Source: a virus
Taxonomy: Duplodnaviria > Caudoviricetes
IMG/VR virus record: IMGVR_UViG_3300046779_000519
Location: 113-64,112 of that record
Length of the DNA: 64,000 nucleotides
Reading direction: 5' to 3' (one strand)
Shown here: positions 1-10,075 of the stretch, one piece after another
Position numbering within the stretch: the first letter of the stretch is position 1
Layout of the letters: each line of letters opens with the position of its first letter
The notes under the pieces: model-generated
What the model was told of the DNA's origin: nothing
Database searches by the model: none
What the model saw: only the letters and a program-made list of their open reading frames with translations
Position numbers and translations under genes: made by a program

Positions 1-394
1 CAACTATGCTTCATTTGGTGGTAAGAAAGATGTAGCTATCGCATTAGGCGTTAACTCTATCTCTGCATTCGGACGTACATTCCACAAGAAGCGTTTAAAT
101 GCATTATCTCACCCACAAATCACTTCAGTAGGTGGTGCTACAGTATTCTCTAAAGAGGCTTACTTAGTTCCTGCTGGAAAGATTAAGGTTGAGCAAGGCG
201 GTGGTCAAGTAGACCGTATGATGATGCGTTACTTAGAGATGCCAGATGGCGTTAACTCTCGTTTCCGTGAGAAGATGTTAGGTGGCTTAGCTCCAACTCC
301 AACTTCAGATACTGATACACTAGATATCGTGTACAGCTCTATCGAAGGTTTAGAGACTGTTGGTAACGAGCACTTCGTTAAGTACAGCGTCTAG
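1..394 (+). CDS. Major capsid protein, C-terminal part (continues from 63048 across the window junction)
   Basis: Open frame from nt 2 (NYASFGGKKDVAIALG...GLETVGNEHFVKYSV*), stop TAG 392-394, followed by a terminator; joins in frame with 63048-63985 to give 443 aa; position after portal and scaffold. Confidence 0.85.
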   Translation, partial: NYASFGGKKDVAIALGVNSISAFGRTFHKKRLNALSHPQITSVGGATVFSKEAYLVPAGKIKVEQGGGQVDRMMMRYLEMPDGVNSRFREKMLGGLAPTPTSDTDTLDIVYSSIEGLETVGNEHFVKYSV

Positions 395-410
395 TCTTAG
401 ACTGACAAAC

Positions 411-441
411 AAAGAGAGGGGGAGCAATCCTCCTCTTTTTT
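411..441 (+). terminator. Intrinsic terminator after capsid gene
   Basis: GAGAGGGG-agcaat-CCTCCTC hairpin followed by T-run. Confidence 0.7.
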
Positions 442-458
442 GTTTTAATATTATTACA

Positions 459-466
459 TACATTTG
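459..466 (+). promoter_or_regulatory. Bacteroidota-type -7 promoter box TACATTTG
   Basis: Matches TAnnTTTG, 20 nt before ATG 487; similar boxes at 1399, 9134, 17561 and 61918 precede other + strand genes. Confidence 0.6.
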
Positions 467-486
467 CGTAACCAAACAAAATAAAA

Positions 487-1305
487 ATGAAAGCATCAGA
501 TTTTAATCTTCTATCAGAGAAGATGATTAGAAAGCTCAAACCAGACGAGAGAGCTATTTACCGCGTAATTAATGTGCGTCCTGACCCTGATAATGCAGGA
601 AAATTCTTAATGCCATCTGCATTACAAATTAGACCAGTTGACACTGTCTTAGATAAAGGAACGGGAGAGTTTGTTAATATTGCCGCTATTGAGCGTACAG
701 ATATTGATGGCAACCCTACATTTATTAGCATTGTGTTTAATGCAGCGAATATGGGATACCTATTCCTTAACGGGAATAACCCAGTTCACCAGAAAATCTA
801 TCAGTACTTAGAGTTGTGTAACTACAACGAATCGAACCCTGATAGAAATGCAAATGATTACGAGGCTTTATTTACTCGCATTGACGCACAAAAAGAAGCT
901 AAGACTGAAAGAAACTTGCGTAAATTAATCGTAAAAGCTGTTAACTTAGCGTTAGACTTAGACGACAAGAAAGCTCGCGAAGTTGCTTTAGCATTGGGTA
1001 TTGATGCAGATACTACTGACGAGCTTCGTAACGAACTAGAAGACTACGCTGGAGACTATCCAGAAGAGTTCTTAGAGGTAGTTGAAAGAGCTTCTTTAGC
1101 TAATGAAACTGCATTAAAAGATGCTGTTAAGAAGAACATTATTAAGAATGACGTGAACGCGTCTTGCTTTAAATGGGTTGAAACAGGAAAAGTAATCTTC
1201 TCTTACACTAAAGGTAAGGACAAGAACTACTTCAAGGAATTAGCCGACCATTTATTAGAAACAAATCCAGATGAGTTAGAAGCCATCAAGAGCCGTTTAG
1301 GCTAA
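487..1305 (+). CDS. Conserved virion-module protein downstream of the capsid gene (function unknown)
   Basis: 272-aa ORF with own promoter and terminator; position matches the conserved post-capsid gene of crAss-like layouts. Confidence 0.5.
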   Translation: MKASDFNLLSEKMIRKLKPDERAIYRVINVRPDPDNAGKFLMPSALQIRPVDTVLDKGTGEFVNIAAIERTDIDGNPTFISIVFNAANMGYLFLNGNNPVHQKIYQYLELCNYNESNPDRNANDYEALFTRIDAQKEAKTERNLRKLIVKAVNLALDLDDKKAREVALALGIDADTTDELRNELEDYAGDYPEEFLEVVERASLANETALKDAVKKNIIKNDVNASCFKWVETGKVIFSYTKGKDKNYFKELADHLLETNPDELEAIKSRLG

Positions 1306-1342
1306 ATCCGACTACAGGATTGATTTGTTTGGTTGGGTTAAT

Positions 1343-1378
1343 AAGAAGGCGTTACATATTGTAACGCTTTTCTTTTTT
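1343..1378 (+). terminator. Intrinsic terminator
   Basis: AGAAGGCGTTAC-atatt-GTAACGCTTTTCT followed by T-run. Confidence 0.8.
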
Positions 1379-1428
1379 CATAGCAAAGTTATTTATTGTA
1401 TATTTGAACAAATTATCCTAGGCTCAAT

Positions 1429-2664
1429 ATGGCTATAAATTTTTCAGCCCAATTTATTGTAAACGAAAAGACTTCAAGTAGGGTCTTACGTTTGACGGAT
1501 ACGTCTACGGGCTTCACCTTAGCCAAAGGTAACTTCTCAGTTACATTCCCTGATGGGTCTAGGGTTTCCCACACAGACTTTATTTCGCCTGACATTAATA
1601 CTCCTGGCGGTAGTGCAGATATTTCGTTAGTCACTTCTATTTCGAACCTTGTCTTAACAGGTCAATATACAGTAGACTTTGTCGCATTAGACGCTACGCC
1701 AACCGAATATACGCTTGAGCGTTCATTTGACTTTAACTGGGAAAAGCCGACTAAAGATATTCAGAACCTATCAGACGTAGTCTTGCCTGATATTAAGTTT
1801 GTCGACTATACACCCTACGAAACATCTGGAAACTTTACGGGCGTATTAACTCGCGACTTCTATACTTACACTCCTGCTGGAAGTGAGGTTGGAGCGTTAA
1901 AGAAACAAAGCGTAGGAGACGTTTTAATGCCCTCTCACAGCTCGAAATACTATGAGGGTATATATCTGGTCAAATCAGGTATTTCCGTGGCTTATACGCA
2001 CTCTTCTCTGTCTTGGTTAACGGTTAGTTATGTTGACTTATTAGAAGAAACATATGATATCAGAGAGGCTCCTACTCAAGATGAGTTGGTTGCTTTAATG
2101 AATACCTACAAAGACCAGATTGAGGCTTACAAAACTACGAATCCAGATGAGTATGCTAGAAGAAACGAGGAGTATGACTTAGTTGTCGGACTTTACTCGC
2201 ACTTGCTAGCGCGCTTTGATACAGATACGTTAGATGGATGCAAACCAATTCTAGACCAGTTGCTAGGATTATTGCCTCCGCAGAATCCTTATACCTATAA
2301 AGCAACTCAGATGCTTCCGTTCTCGCTTAATGTAGCGAGCACAACGTCATTTGTAATTTCTGATGGCACGACATCTGATGGTATTATTACAGGCGAAACG
2401 CTTACCTTTGAGTCGGCAAATTCTGGTTTAGCCATTGCTGTAAGCAATAATAAGCTTACTTTTACAGCGAAATTAGGTTATGTGTTTGTTCAATCTACGC
2501 CTAGTGCGACCTGGACAATAAATCACGATTTAAACAAATATCCTTCTGTTAGTATAGTTGATTCTGCAAATGATGAGGTTATAGGGGAGGTAAATTATAC
2601 GAGTACAACTCAGGTAGTTATATCATTTTCAGCAGCATTTAGCGGCAAGGCATTTTTAAATTAA
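1429..2664 (+). CDS. Putative structural protein (beta-rich N-terminus, fibre-type C-terminal module)
   Basis: 411 aa; C-terminal TWTINHDLNKYPSVSIVDSAN...YTSTTQVVISFS module typical of phage fibre/decoration proteins. Confidence 0.55.
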   Translation: MAINFSAQFIVNEKTSSRVLRLTDTSTGFTLAKGNFSVTFPDGSRVSHTDFISPDINTPGGSADISLVTSISNLVLTGQYTVDFVALDATPTEYTLERSFDFNWEKPTKDIQNLSDVVLPDIKFVDYTPYETSGNFTGVLTRDFYTYTPAGSEVGALKKQSVGDVLMPSHSSKYYEGIYLVKSGISVAYTHSSLSWLTVSYVDLLEETYDIREAPTQDELVALMNTYKDQIEAYKTTNPDEYARRNEEYDLVVGLYSHLLARFDTDTLDGCKPILDQLLGLLPPQNPYTYKATQMLPFSLNVASTTSFVISDGTTSDGIITGETLTFESANSGLAIAVSNNKLTFTAKLGYVFVQSTPSATWTINHDLNKYPSVSIVDSANDEVIGEVNYTSTTQVVISFSAAFSGKAFLN

Positions 2665-2672
2665 CATAAGCA

Positions 2673-3881
2673 ATGGCAAAGAAATTTTTAACCAGTTTAG
2701 ATTTAACCAAGAATCAGATATTAAACGTCGCGATTCAGAATCTATCTTCAGCTCCTTCATCTCCTGTAGCGGGTCAAGTGTACTTTAACACAACTGATGC
2801 GCACTTATACTTCTACAATGGCACTGCTTGGGTGGATGCTTCTGGTGATATTTCTGCTGTTGTTGCGGGTGCAGGTTTAGGCGGAGGCGGAACTACAGGT
2901 TCTGTTACCTTAGACATTAATGTTGACAACGCTACTATTGAGATTTCAGCTGACGCTATCCAGGTTAAAGACCTTGGTATCACAACTGCTAAGATAGATA
3001 ATGGTGCGGTAACAACGGTTAAGATTGGTGCTAACCAAGTAACCTTCGATAAGTTGCAAACTATTGCAAGCGGGAAGGTATTAGGTAACGTATCTGGGTC
3101 AACTGGTAACGTTGCTGAAGTTGATATTATCACAGCTACTGACTTAACAGGCTCAGCTAATACAAACATCCCTTCAACTGCTGCAATCAAAGCTTATGTT
3201 GACGGTAAGATAGGAGGACTTGGAAACTTAGAAGGCGGATGGGACGCTTCAATTGGCGTATTCCCTACAGGCTCTTCTCCTGTATCAGGAACTAAGAAAG
3301 GTGACTATTGGTATGTAACCTTTGGTGGAACAATCGACGGTGCAACATTTAGCATTGGTGATGTTATTGTCGCTAAGACAGATAACGCTTCTGTAACTGT
3401 TGCTTCAGACTGGATTCAGCTAGAAGTTAATCGTGACCAAGCTACTGAGTCTACTTTAGGCTTAGTAACCCTTGCTACTTCGACAGAGGTTAATACTGGA
3501 ACTAACTCAACAGATGCAGTTACTCCTGCAACATTATCTGGTCGTACAGCTACTGAGACTCGTACTGGTATTGCTGAGATTGCTACACAAGCTGAAACTG
3601 ACGCTGGAACGGATGATGCTCGCATTGTTACTCCTTTAAAGTTAAAGACGTTATTGGATAACCGCACTGGCGGATATGCTGCTAACGTAGGTGACGGTGT
3701 TGCAACTTCATTCGCTTTAACACACGGCTTGGGCACAAGAGATGTTGTAGTGGTTATTTATGATAATTCAACTTTTGAAGAGGTAATTACTGACGTTGTC
3801 TTAACATCAACTTCAGTTGTTACGGTTACTTTTGCGGTAGCTCCTTCATCAAACGCGTACAGAGTAGTTATTAAAAAATAA
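2673..3881 (+). CDS. Fibre/decoration protein
   Basis: 402 aa, G/T/A/S-rich; repeats such as LATSTEVNTGT / IATQAETDAGTDD; C-terminal LTHGLGTRDVVV module like that of the preceding gene. Confidence 0.65.
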   Translation: MAKKFLTSLDLTKNQILNVAIQNLSSAPSSPVAGQVYFNTTDAHLYFYNGTAWVDASGDISAVVAGAGLGGGGTTGSVTLDINVDNATIEISADAIQVKDLGITTAKIDNGAVTTVKIGANQVTFDKLQTIASGKVLGNVSGSTGNVAEVDIITATDLTGSANTNIPSTAAIKAYVDGKIGGLGNLEGGWDASIGVFPTGSSPVSGTKKGDYWYVTFGGTIDGATFSIGDVIVAKTDNASVTVASDWIQLEVNRDQATESTLGLVTLATSTEVNTGTNSTDAVTPATLSGRTATETRTGIAEIATQAETDAGTDDARIVTPLKLKTLLDNRTGGYAANVGDGVATSFALTHGLGTRDVVVVIYDNSTFEEVITDVVLTSTSVVTVTFAVAPSSNAYRVVIKK

Positions 3882-3889
3882 TATACTGA

Positions 3890-6800
3890 ATGAGATTCTT
3901 AACAGAAATACTGGCTAAAGCTGGGATAACAAGTAACTATGTCCAATTAGATACGCTTGCAGCTACTCCTGGTGGAGCACCTGGGCGTATTGTTTGGAAT
4001 GACGTAGATGGAACGTTGGAGTTCCAAATGAAGGGTGGCAATGTTACTCAGCAAATCGGTCAAGAGTTACCTGTTCTAGTTAAACACGCTGACAATACAG
4101 GACTTACTAACGGTAAGGTTGTTTACCAGTTTAGCTCTGACGGAGCTAACGTTACAGTAAAATACGCTTCAGCATCTTCTGAGACTACAGCTTCAAAGAC
4201 CTTTGGGGTAATGACAGAAGATGCCACTGGTGGCGCGAAAGGCTTCTGTACGACCTTTGGTTATGTAAGAAATATTAACACCTCAGCGTTAACGGAAGGC
4301 GCAATGATTTGGCTTTCTGAGACTCCAGGTGAGATGACAACTACTCGTCCGACGCAACCCGCTCACGGAGTTGTCGTAGGTCGTTGTATTCGTCAACACG
4401 CTACTGAGGGAGTTATCTTTGTGTCTATTCAGAATGGTTTTGAGTTAGATGAATTACACGATGTATTAATCACATCAAAGGCTAACAACGACTTTATTGT
4501 TTACGAGTCAGCAACTAACCTTTGGAAGAATAAGACTATCTCAGCGGTATTAGGTTATACGCCTGCTAATGGGGCAAATTATCTTGCCTTAACAGGTGGT
4601 ACGCTTACAGGGGACTTGACTTTGTCAGGAGTTAACCCTCGCTTATACTTTACAGATACAGATAATAACCCAGACTACTTCATCTCTAACACAGATGGGA
4701 CGTTTACGGTATATGACGTAACAAACTCAGTTGGTAGATTTAAGATTTATTCGACGGGGAATGCGGAGTTTACGGGAGCTTTAAGCGGTACGAGTGCGAC
4801 GTTTAGTGGAATTATAGCAGCTAATTCGCAAACTACTGCTACTAATGGCTCTATTAATGTAGAGTCAGCTGACCCTGCAATTAGATTTAGGGTAACAGGC
4901 GGTACCGCTAACAGCAGAATCTATGAATGGAGAGCAGTAGCTGCAGGTGGGGTAAATGATATTATGCAATTGAGGCTTTGGAATGATGCTCAAAGTTCTG
5001 CCTCTACATTATTTACGGTATCTCCTACAGGCGCAGCTATATTTACTGCTAACGTTACAGCAACGCAGGGAATTTTTAGTGGTAGCGATGCTGAACGAGT
5101 TAAGATGACAAGAACTTCAATAGGCTCTTGGTTATTAGCAATTAGCGGAAGTAATAGATTTTCTATTTATGATGTAGCTGGTGACGCGGAAAGAATATCA
5201 ATTACTTCTTCTGGCGTCATAGGGGTTGGCAATATGAATCCATTTGGAGGTGCATCTGGAATCAACGGAATGCATATAACTTCATTAAGCGCAAATAGTG
5301 CATTCTTTAGAATAAATAACGCATCGTATACTGGATTTGACTTAATACAGGGCAATGACGGTGTTGGTTATTTATGGCTAAGAGATAATCAAATGATTCA
5401 AATCGGTACTAATAATACCGAAAGGATTAGAGTAACGAACGCTGGTAGGATTATTGTAAATAACTCTGTAGCTAATGACTCTGGTGACAGAAACTTAACT
5501 ATTCAAGGCTCTTTATCTGCAACCAATAATGATGTAGCTTCCATAAACTTAACGCAAGTATGGAACGGGGTTTCATACCCAGCTATATTGGCAGTTCAGC
5601 AAGATTTATCTTATGGTAATGCGTCAGGAATATTTGTATTAAAAACATCTTATTGGAATGGAAGTAGCGTTGTAACTAGTGAGCGATTAAGAGTTGCTGC
5701 TTTGGGGCAACTAAAATTATCTGCCTACACCTCCTCCACATCCTTCTCAGGCACCGCCGCAGGATACCTTGCGTTTGATTCTTCTGGGAATGTTATTACG
5801 GTAGCGGGGGTTGCGGCGACGGATAATACTAAGTTGCCTCTTACAGGAGGAGCTTTAACTGGTCCATTGTCTATTACTGGCAACGGCTCATATTTAGGAG
5901 ACTGGGGATACAAGACTCTTGAGTTAAATGATACCAGCGGATATGCAGGTATATTCTTTAAGAACGGGAATAATATATGGATTAATCGAAGAAATGGCGC
6001 CGATAACGCTATGGACTGGGCTTATTCAACAAATGCTTCTGCTCAAGGAACTGGCACATTTGTTCAAAAAATGCGCCTTGCATCAGATGAGTGGTGGGTG
6101 AGCACTTATCCTAATTATAAGATGCGTGTTGTAGGAGGTGATGTATTGGAAGCTCTTAATGGAACAAGTGCAACAACTTTATACTTACAGTATCATTCTA
6201 ATACAGGAGGACAGGTAAATATATCAGCTGGTAAATTTATATTCTACAGTAATGGAAATTTATCTGTTACTGGAGCTATTTCTATGGCTACCTCTGGAAC
6301 GAGCTATATCCGTATGGGTCAGTTCCCTCAAAGCGTATCTAACTCAGGAGAAGCTTGGATAGGTAGAGCAGCTGATAGAAGTACTGGCTCAATGACTGTT
6401 CAGCTAGGAGGAAGCTCAAATGGCTCTTTCTTTGAGGTTGTTGATTATGGTTGGACTACTGTTACGTTAAAGGTTGGGATGAACGATTTCTCTTATAAGG
6501 GGAATGCTGTTATTCACGCAGGAAATATTGGCTCTCAGTCTGTAAGTAATGCTGCTACTCTTGGAGGATATAGTCCTAATCAAACAGGTGGAGCCTATAC
6601 TATTGTTCAGCGTGATAGTAATGGATATATTCAAAACTCTTATTTTTATACGTCAGGTGGCGGTTCTGAAAGAGGAACAGGTATAAGTTATGTAGCAGGA
6701 TTTAATAGTTCTGACTATTACATTAGAAGTTATACGCTTCAAGGATTAGCTTCTGCTATGAGTGGAGTTAGTATGAATATTAATGGAAATGCTTCTACTG

Positions 6801-8278
6801 CTAGTGGAGCTAATGGAAATTTTTATATTGATGATAATTATGGTAACACAATAGTAGGTGTATACACATCTACTAGATACCAAGGAGTATTTGCGATGGG
6901 AGATGCTTATAAACTCCCTGCAGATGGTTCATCCACTGGCTCCTTATATGGTTTAGCTTGGTCTCACCCTAATGCTGGGGGCGTTGCTAGTAACCTAAAT
7001 ACGCACGGTTTACTAGTAATGGAGAATGGTACATTCCTAGCGGCAATTTCAGGGTCAATTAGAGCAAGAGATGATGTTCGTGCTCCTGCTATTTATGATT
7101 CAGGTTCTCGTGTTGCTATTTCTCGTGGCGAAGGTAGAAATTATGTTGACTACTCTCGTTATGTTTATAACAATGGCGCATACTCAGGTTCAGGTTGGAA
7201 TGAGCCATCTGACTTAGGTGTTAGATATGCAAACTCTGCAGGAAGCTCTACTAGTACCGTCTATATGAACACTCAATTCCAGGGCAGCGGCTCTGTTAAT
7301 ACAAGCGAAGGCAGGTGTATGTCATTAAGGACGGACTCTGGAGCAGGTGCTGCAGTTAACTATGCGCCAGTATTACATATGGCTGCATCAGATACAATGT
7401 GGCAAGCGCAAGGAACTTACGGCTCATCAGGTAACGGCACTCTATATTTTAGACAAGGATATGCTGGTAACTGGGGAAACTGGTTGACAATGATTTCTTC
7501 TGCTAACATTGGGTCTCAATCTGTCAACTACGCATCTACATCTGGTACAGCATCTAACTTATCGGGCTTTGACAAAACTAACCCATCATTTGGTGCAGTT
7601 TATGCATCTAACTGGTTTAGAGCACAAGGGGACTGTGGTTTATATTCTCAGGATTATGGCGGGCACATAAGAAGAGCTTTAACTGGCTCATATGGCAACT
7701 GGGAAACATTTGGATACAACAGAAATGGATGGTCTGGTTTTTTAAATTTGAATAACTATAATTTGAATTTAATGATGAACTCATCTGGAGACCATGGGTT
7801 CTATATAGAAAATGGTCCTGGATGGACATTTTTCTTTAATAGAGGTAATCATTGCGCAGGTATTGGTACAGATAACACCTGGTCTGGTGATGGATTAAGA
7901 GTAGTAAAGCAGATATCTGCAGAGTATGGATTTACAACTTGGTCTGACAGAAGGGCAAAGGAAAATATCACCAACATTACTAGCGCATTAGACAAGGTGC
8001 TGCAAATGCGTGGAGTATACTTCAATTATATTAAAGATGATGCAAAGGTAAAAAGAGTAGGATTTATAGCGCAAGAGCTTCAGGAAGTATTACCAGAAGT
8101 AGTTAATTATGCGGATGAAATAGATGAGTATAATGTTAATTATGGTCAGATAGTTTCCGTATTGACAGAGGCGACAAAAGAGCAAAACGATATGATTGTA
8201 AGCCAAGCTACAAGAATTGAGCAATTAGAATTATTAGTACAACAATTAATAAATAGCAATAATGGCATTTCAAATTAA
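3890..8278 (+). CDS. Long tail fibre with C-terminal intramolecular chaperone (peptidase S74-type) domain
   Basis: 1462 aa, Gly/Ser/Asn-rich repeats; C-terminus WSDRRAKENI...LRGVYF...GFIAQELQEVLPEVV...VNYGQIVSVLTEA followed by coiled coil. Confidence 0.88.
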   Translation: MRFLTEILAKAGITSNYVQLDTLAATPGGAPGRIVWNDVDGTLEFQMKGGNVTQQIGQELPVLVKHADNTGLTNGKVVYQFSSDGANVTVKYASASSETTASKTFGVMTEDATGGAKGFCTTFGYVRNINTSALTEGAMIWLSETPGEMTTTRPTQPAHGVVVGRCIRQHATEGVIFVSIQNGFELDELHDVLITSKANNDFIVYESATNLWKNKTISAVLGYTPANGANYLALTGGTLTGDLTLSGVNPRLYFTDTDNNPDYFISNTDGTFTVYDVTNSVGRFKIYSTGNAEFTGALSGTSATFSGIIAANSQTTATNGSINVESADPAIRFRVTGGTANSRIYEWRAVAAGGVNDIMQLRLWNDAQSSASTLFTVSPTGAAIFTANVTATQGIFSGSDAERVKMTRTSIGSWLLAISGSNRFSIYDVAGDAERISITSSGVIGVGNMNPFGGASGINGMHITSLSANSAFFRINNASYTGFDLIQGNDGVGYLWLRDNQMIQIGTNNTERIRVTNAGRIIVNNSVANDSGDRNLTIQGSLSATNNDVASINLTQVWNGVSYPAILAVQQDLSYGNASGIFVLKTSYWNGSSVVTSERLRVAALGQLKLSAYTSSTSFSGTAAGYLAFDSSGNVITVAGVAATDNTKLPLTGGALTGPLSITGNGSYLGDWGYKTLELNDTSGYAGIFFKNGNNIWINRRNGADNAMDWAYSTNASAQGTGTFVQKMRLASDEWWVSTYPNYKMRVVGGDVLEALNGTSATTLYLQYHSNTGGQVNISAGKFIFYSNGNLSVTGAISMATSGTSYIRMGQFPQSVSNSGEAWIGRAADRSTGSMTVQLGGSSNGSFFEVVDYGWTTVTLKVGMNDFSYKGNAVIHAGNIGSQSVSNAATLGGYSPNQTGGAYTIVQRDSNGYIQNSYFYTSGGGSERGTGISYVAGFNSSDYYIRSYTLQGLASAMSGVSMNINGNASTASGANGNFYIDDNYGNTIVGVYTSTRYQGVFAMGDAYKLPADGSSTGSLYGLAWSHPNAGGVASNLNTHGLLVMENGTFLAAISGSIRARDDVRAPAIYDSGSRVAISRGEGRNYVDYSRYVYNNGAYSGSGWNEPSDLGVRYANSAGSSTSTVYMNTQFQGSGSVNTSEGRCMSLRTDSGAGAAVNYAPVLHMAASDTMWQAQGTYGSSGNGTLYFRQGYAGNWGNWLTMISSANIGSQSVNYASTSGTASNLSGFDKTNPSFGAVYASNWFRAQGDCGLYSQDYGGHIRRALTGSYGNWETFGYNRNGWSGFLNLNNYNLNLMMNSSGDHGFYIENGPGWTFFFNRGNHCAGIGTDNTWSGDGLRVVKQISAEYGFTTWSDRRAKENITNITSALDKVLQMRGVYFNYIKDDAKVKRVGFIAQELQEVLPEVVNYADEIDEYNVNYGQIVSVLTEATKEQNDMIVSQATRIEQLELLVQQLINSNNGISN

Positions 8279-8681
8279 TACGCCAATTGGCACAAATGAA
8301 GGTATTATTACGGGCGCCTATGTTCGCATAGGAGGGTATGATGTAAACAAAAACGGGAACATTGTATTTATTATTGATGTCTTTAGAGATAAGGATGCAA
8401 CAGAATATGATACTGCATATATCCCTGTTATTCATCCAAATAAACTCCAGTCAAAAGAGATTGGTATTTCTCTTGACTTAAAGATGACCAATAAGATAGA
8501 ATACACAAAAACTATCACTAAACAAGTAGATGGTGTAGACACAGAAATGGAGGAGACGTTTACTAAAAAAGTGTCTGATTTGTCCGTCTTCGAAAACAAG
8601 ACTATCTTTGAAGTCGGCTACGAAAAGCTAGGTGAAAAATTAGCATCCTTATACGGAGCAGAAAACATTGAAACAGTTTAA
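8262..8681 (+). CDS. Fibre-associated small protein (paralog of next gene)
   Basis: 139 aa; N-terminus MAFQINTPIGTNEGIITGAYVRI aligns with MALKITAQIGTDKGITSEAYVRI; both end GYxxLxxKLxxLxGxxNI. Confidence 0.55.
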   Translation: MAFQINTPIGTNEGIITGAYVRIGGYDVNKNGNIVFIIDVFRDKDATEYDTAYIPVIHPNKLQSKEIGISLDLKMTNKIEYTKTITKQVDGVDTEMEETFTKKVSDLSVFENKTIFEVGYEKLGEKLASLYGAENIETV

Positions 8682-8693
8682 CTTAAATAAAAA

Positions 8694-9125
8694 ATGGCAC
8701 TAAAAATTACAGCCCAAATCGGGACAGACAAAGGTATCACATCAGAAGCTTATGTGCGTATCTCAAACTACCAACTATCTAAGTTTGGTTCAGCTAACTT
8801 CCAAGTAGAAATCTTCCAATCAGAAGAAGACGCAACGCCAGCAGTTAACGGTATGCCTGGTATGATGGTAGGACAAGCTCGCAATCAGCAAATTGGAGAC
8901 AACATTTATGTTCAATTGAACAAACAAGAAGAGCGCACTATTTCTTACCCTGTTCCTGGCGTAGACGCTGAAGGCAACGCATTACCTGACCGTGTTGAGA
9001 CAATCACAGTTTCTGTTCCAGATTTATCTTCTGCAGAAGGTGTAGACATCTTTGCATTTGGCTACTCTCACTTAAAGGCTAAGCTAGTAGACTTATTCGG
9101 CGAAGACAATATCGTAGACTGCTAA
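8694..9125 (+). CDS. Fibre-associated small protein (paralog of previous gene)
   Basis: 143 aa; see previous entry. Confidence 0.55.
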   Translation: MALKITAQIGTDKGITSEAYVRISNYQLSKFGSANFQVEIFQSEEDATPAVNGMPGMMVGQARNQQIGDNIYVQLNKQEERTISYPVPGVDAEGNALPDRVETITVSVPDLSSAEGVDIFAFGYSHLKAKLVDLFGEDNIVDC

Positions 9126-9163
9126 TTATTGATTATATTTGTTAAAAATAACCAAACATAGAA

Positions 9164-9595
9164 ATGGAAAAAATTAAATTATCTATTACCGAAATCGTTG
9201 GCTTAGAAGCCGAGTTAAATGGATTAGTCAACCAAGAGAATGGCGAAGTAATCTCTAAGGGATTATTTGGCGAGAAATTAGACCTTGTTGTCAAGTATCG
9301 CTTAAAGAAATTATCTGACGCGTTAACAGCAGAGAAAAAGATTGTTGACGATTTAAGACAAGAGCTAATTAAGAAATTTGGCAAGGAAGAGGAAGAAGGT
9401 AAGTTTTCCATCCCTATGTATGAAGACGAGGATAAAAAAGTAGAGCATCCATCTTGGATTGAGTTCAAGAAACAGTACGATGCATTGCTAGCTGAGGAGA
9501 AAGAATTCGAGTATAATCCGTTATCATTAAAGGACATCAAGGATATTAAGTCTGACGAGCGTTATGATTTAGTATTCCGTTTAATAAAAGAATAA
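9164..9595 (+). CDS. Conserved acidic helical phage protein (DUF1617-like)
   Basis: 143 aa; LKKLSDAL...RQELIKKFGKEEE pattern commonly seen after tail fibre genes; own promoter box at 9134. Confidence 0.45.
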   Translation: MEKIKLSITEIVGLEAELNGLVNQENGEVISKGLFGEKLDLVVKYRLKKLSDALTAEKKIVDDLRQELIKKFGKEEEEGKFSIPMYEDEDKKVEHPSWIEFKKQYDALLAEEKEFEYNPLSLKDIKDIKSDERYDLVFRLIKE

Positions 9596-9720
9596 TGGAC
9601 TTAGTAACACTAGGAATCACATACGGGGCGATTTGCATAACAGCAGTCGCCCTTTTATCTTATCGGATTATTAAGAATCCTGATGGAGAGAGCTTTACCT
9701 ATAAAAAGGTTTTGCCTTAG
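9595..9720 (+). CDS. 41-aa single-TM protein (not in ORF track)
   Basis: MDLVTLGITYGAICITAVALLSYRIIKNPDGESFTYKKVLP*; ATG overlaps the upstream TAA. Confidence 0.5.
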   Translation: MDLVTLGITYGAICITAVALLSYRIIKNPDGESFTYKKVLP

Positions 9721-9759
9721 CGCAAAAGACTACTATCTTTGTTATAGATATCTTAGAAT

Positions 9760-10041
9760 ATGGAAAATCCTATTGAGCAAATAAAGGCTTATTTATTCCC
9801 GACGGCAATAAGTATTATGTCGCTAATGATTTGGCACGATGTCAATGAGATGAAAGCGGACATAAAGCAACTAATAGTTCAATCAAATGTAGACAAGACT
9901 AGAATAGATAACTTAGAAAGACAAATCTACAAGACAGGATTACGCGTACCAAACCCACCTTTTAAGCTACCACTTCAGGTAGATATGCGTCAAGTAGTGG
10001 CAATCAGACCAGACGAAGACGAAGAAAAATACTACCTGTAA
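9760..10041 (+). CDS. Lysis-cassette membrane protein (holin/antiholin candidate)
   Basis: N-terminal TM helix followed by coiled coil; upstream of the endolysin. Confidence 0.45.
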   Translation: MENPIEQIKAYLFPTAISIMSLMIWHDVNEMKADIKQLIVQSNVDKTRIDNLERQIYKTGLRVPNPPFKLPLQVDMRQVVAIRPDEDEEKYYL

Positions 10042-10075
10042 CATCAAGCATTTATATACCTAACTCACTAATATT

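Noticed and set aside
3890-8278. Diversity-generating retroelement targeting the fibre
   Set aside because: No reverse transcriptase in the genome and no template/variable repeat pair noticed.
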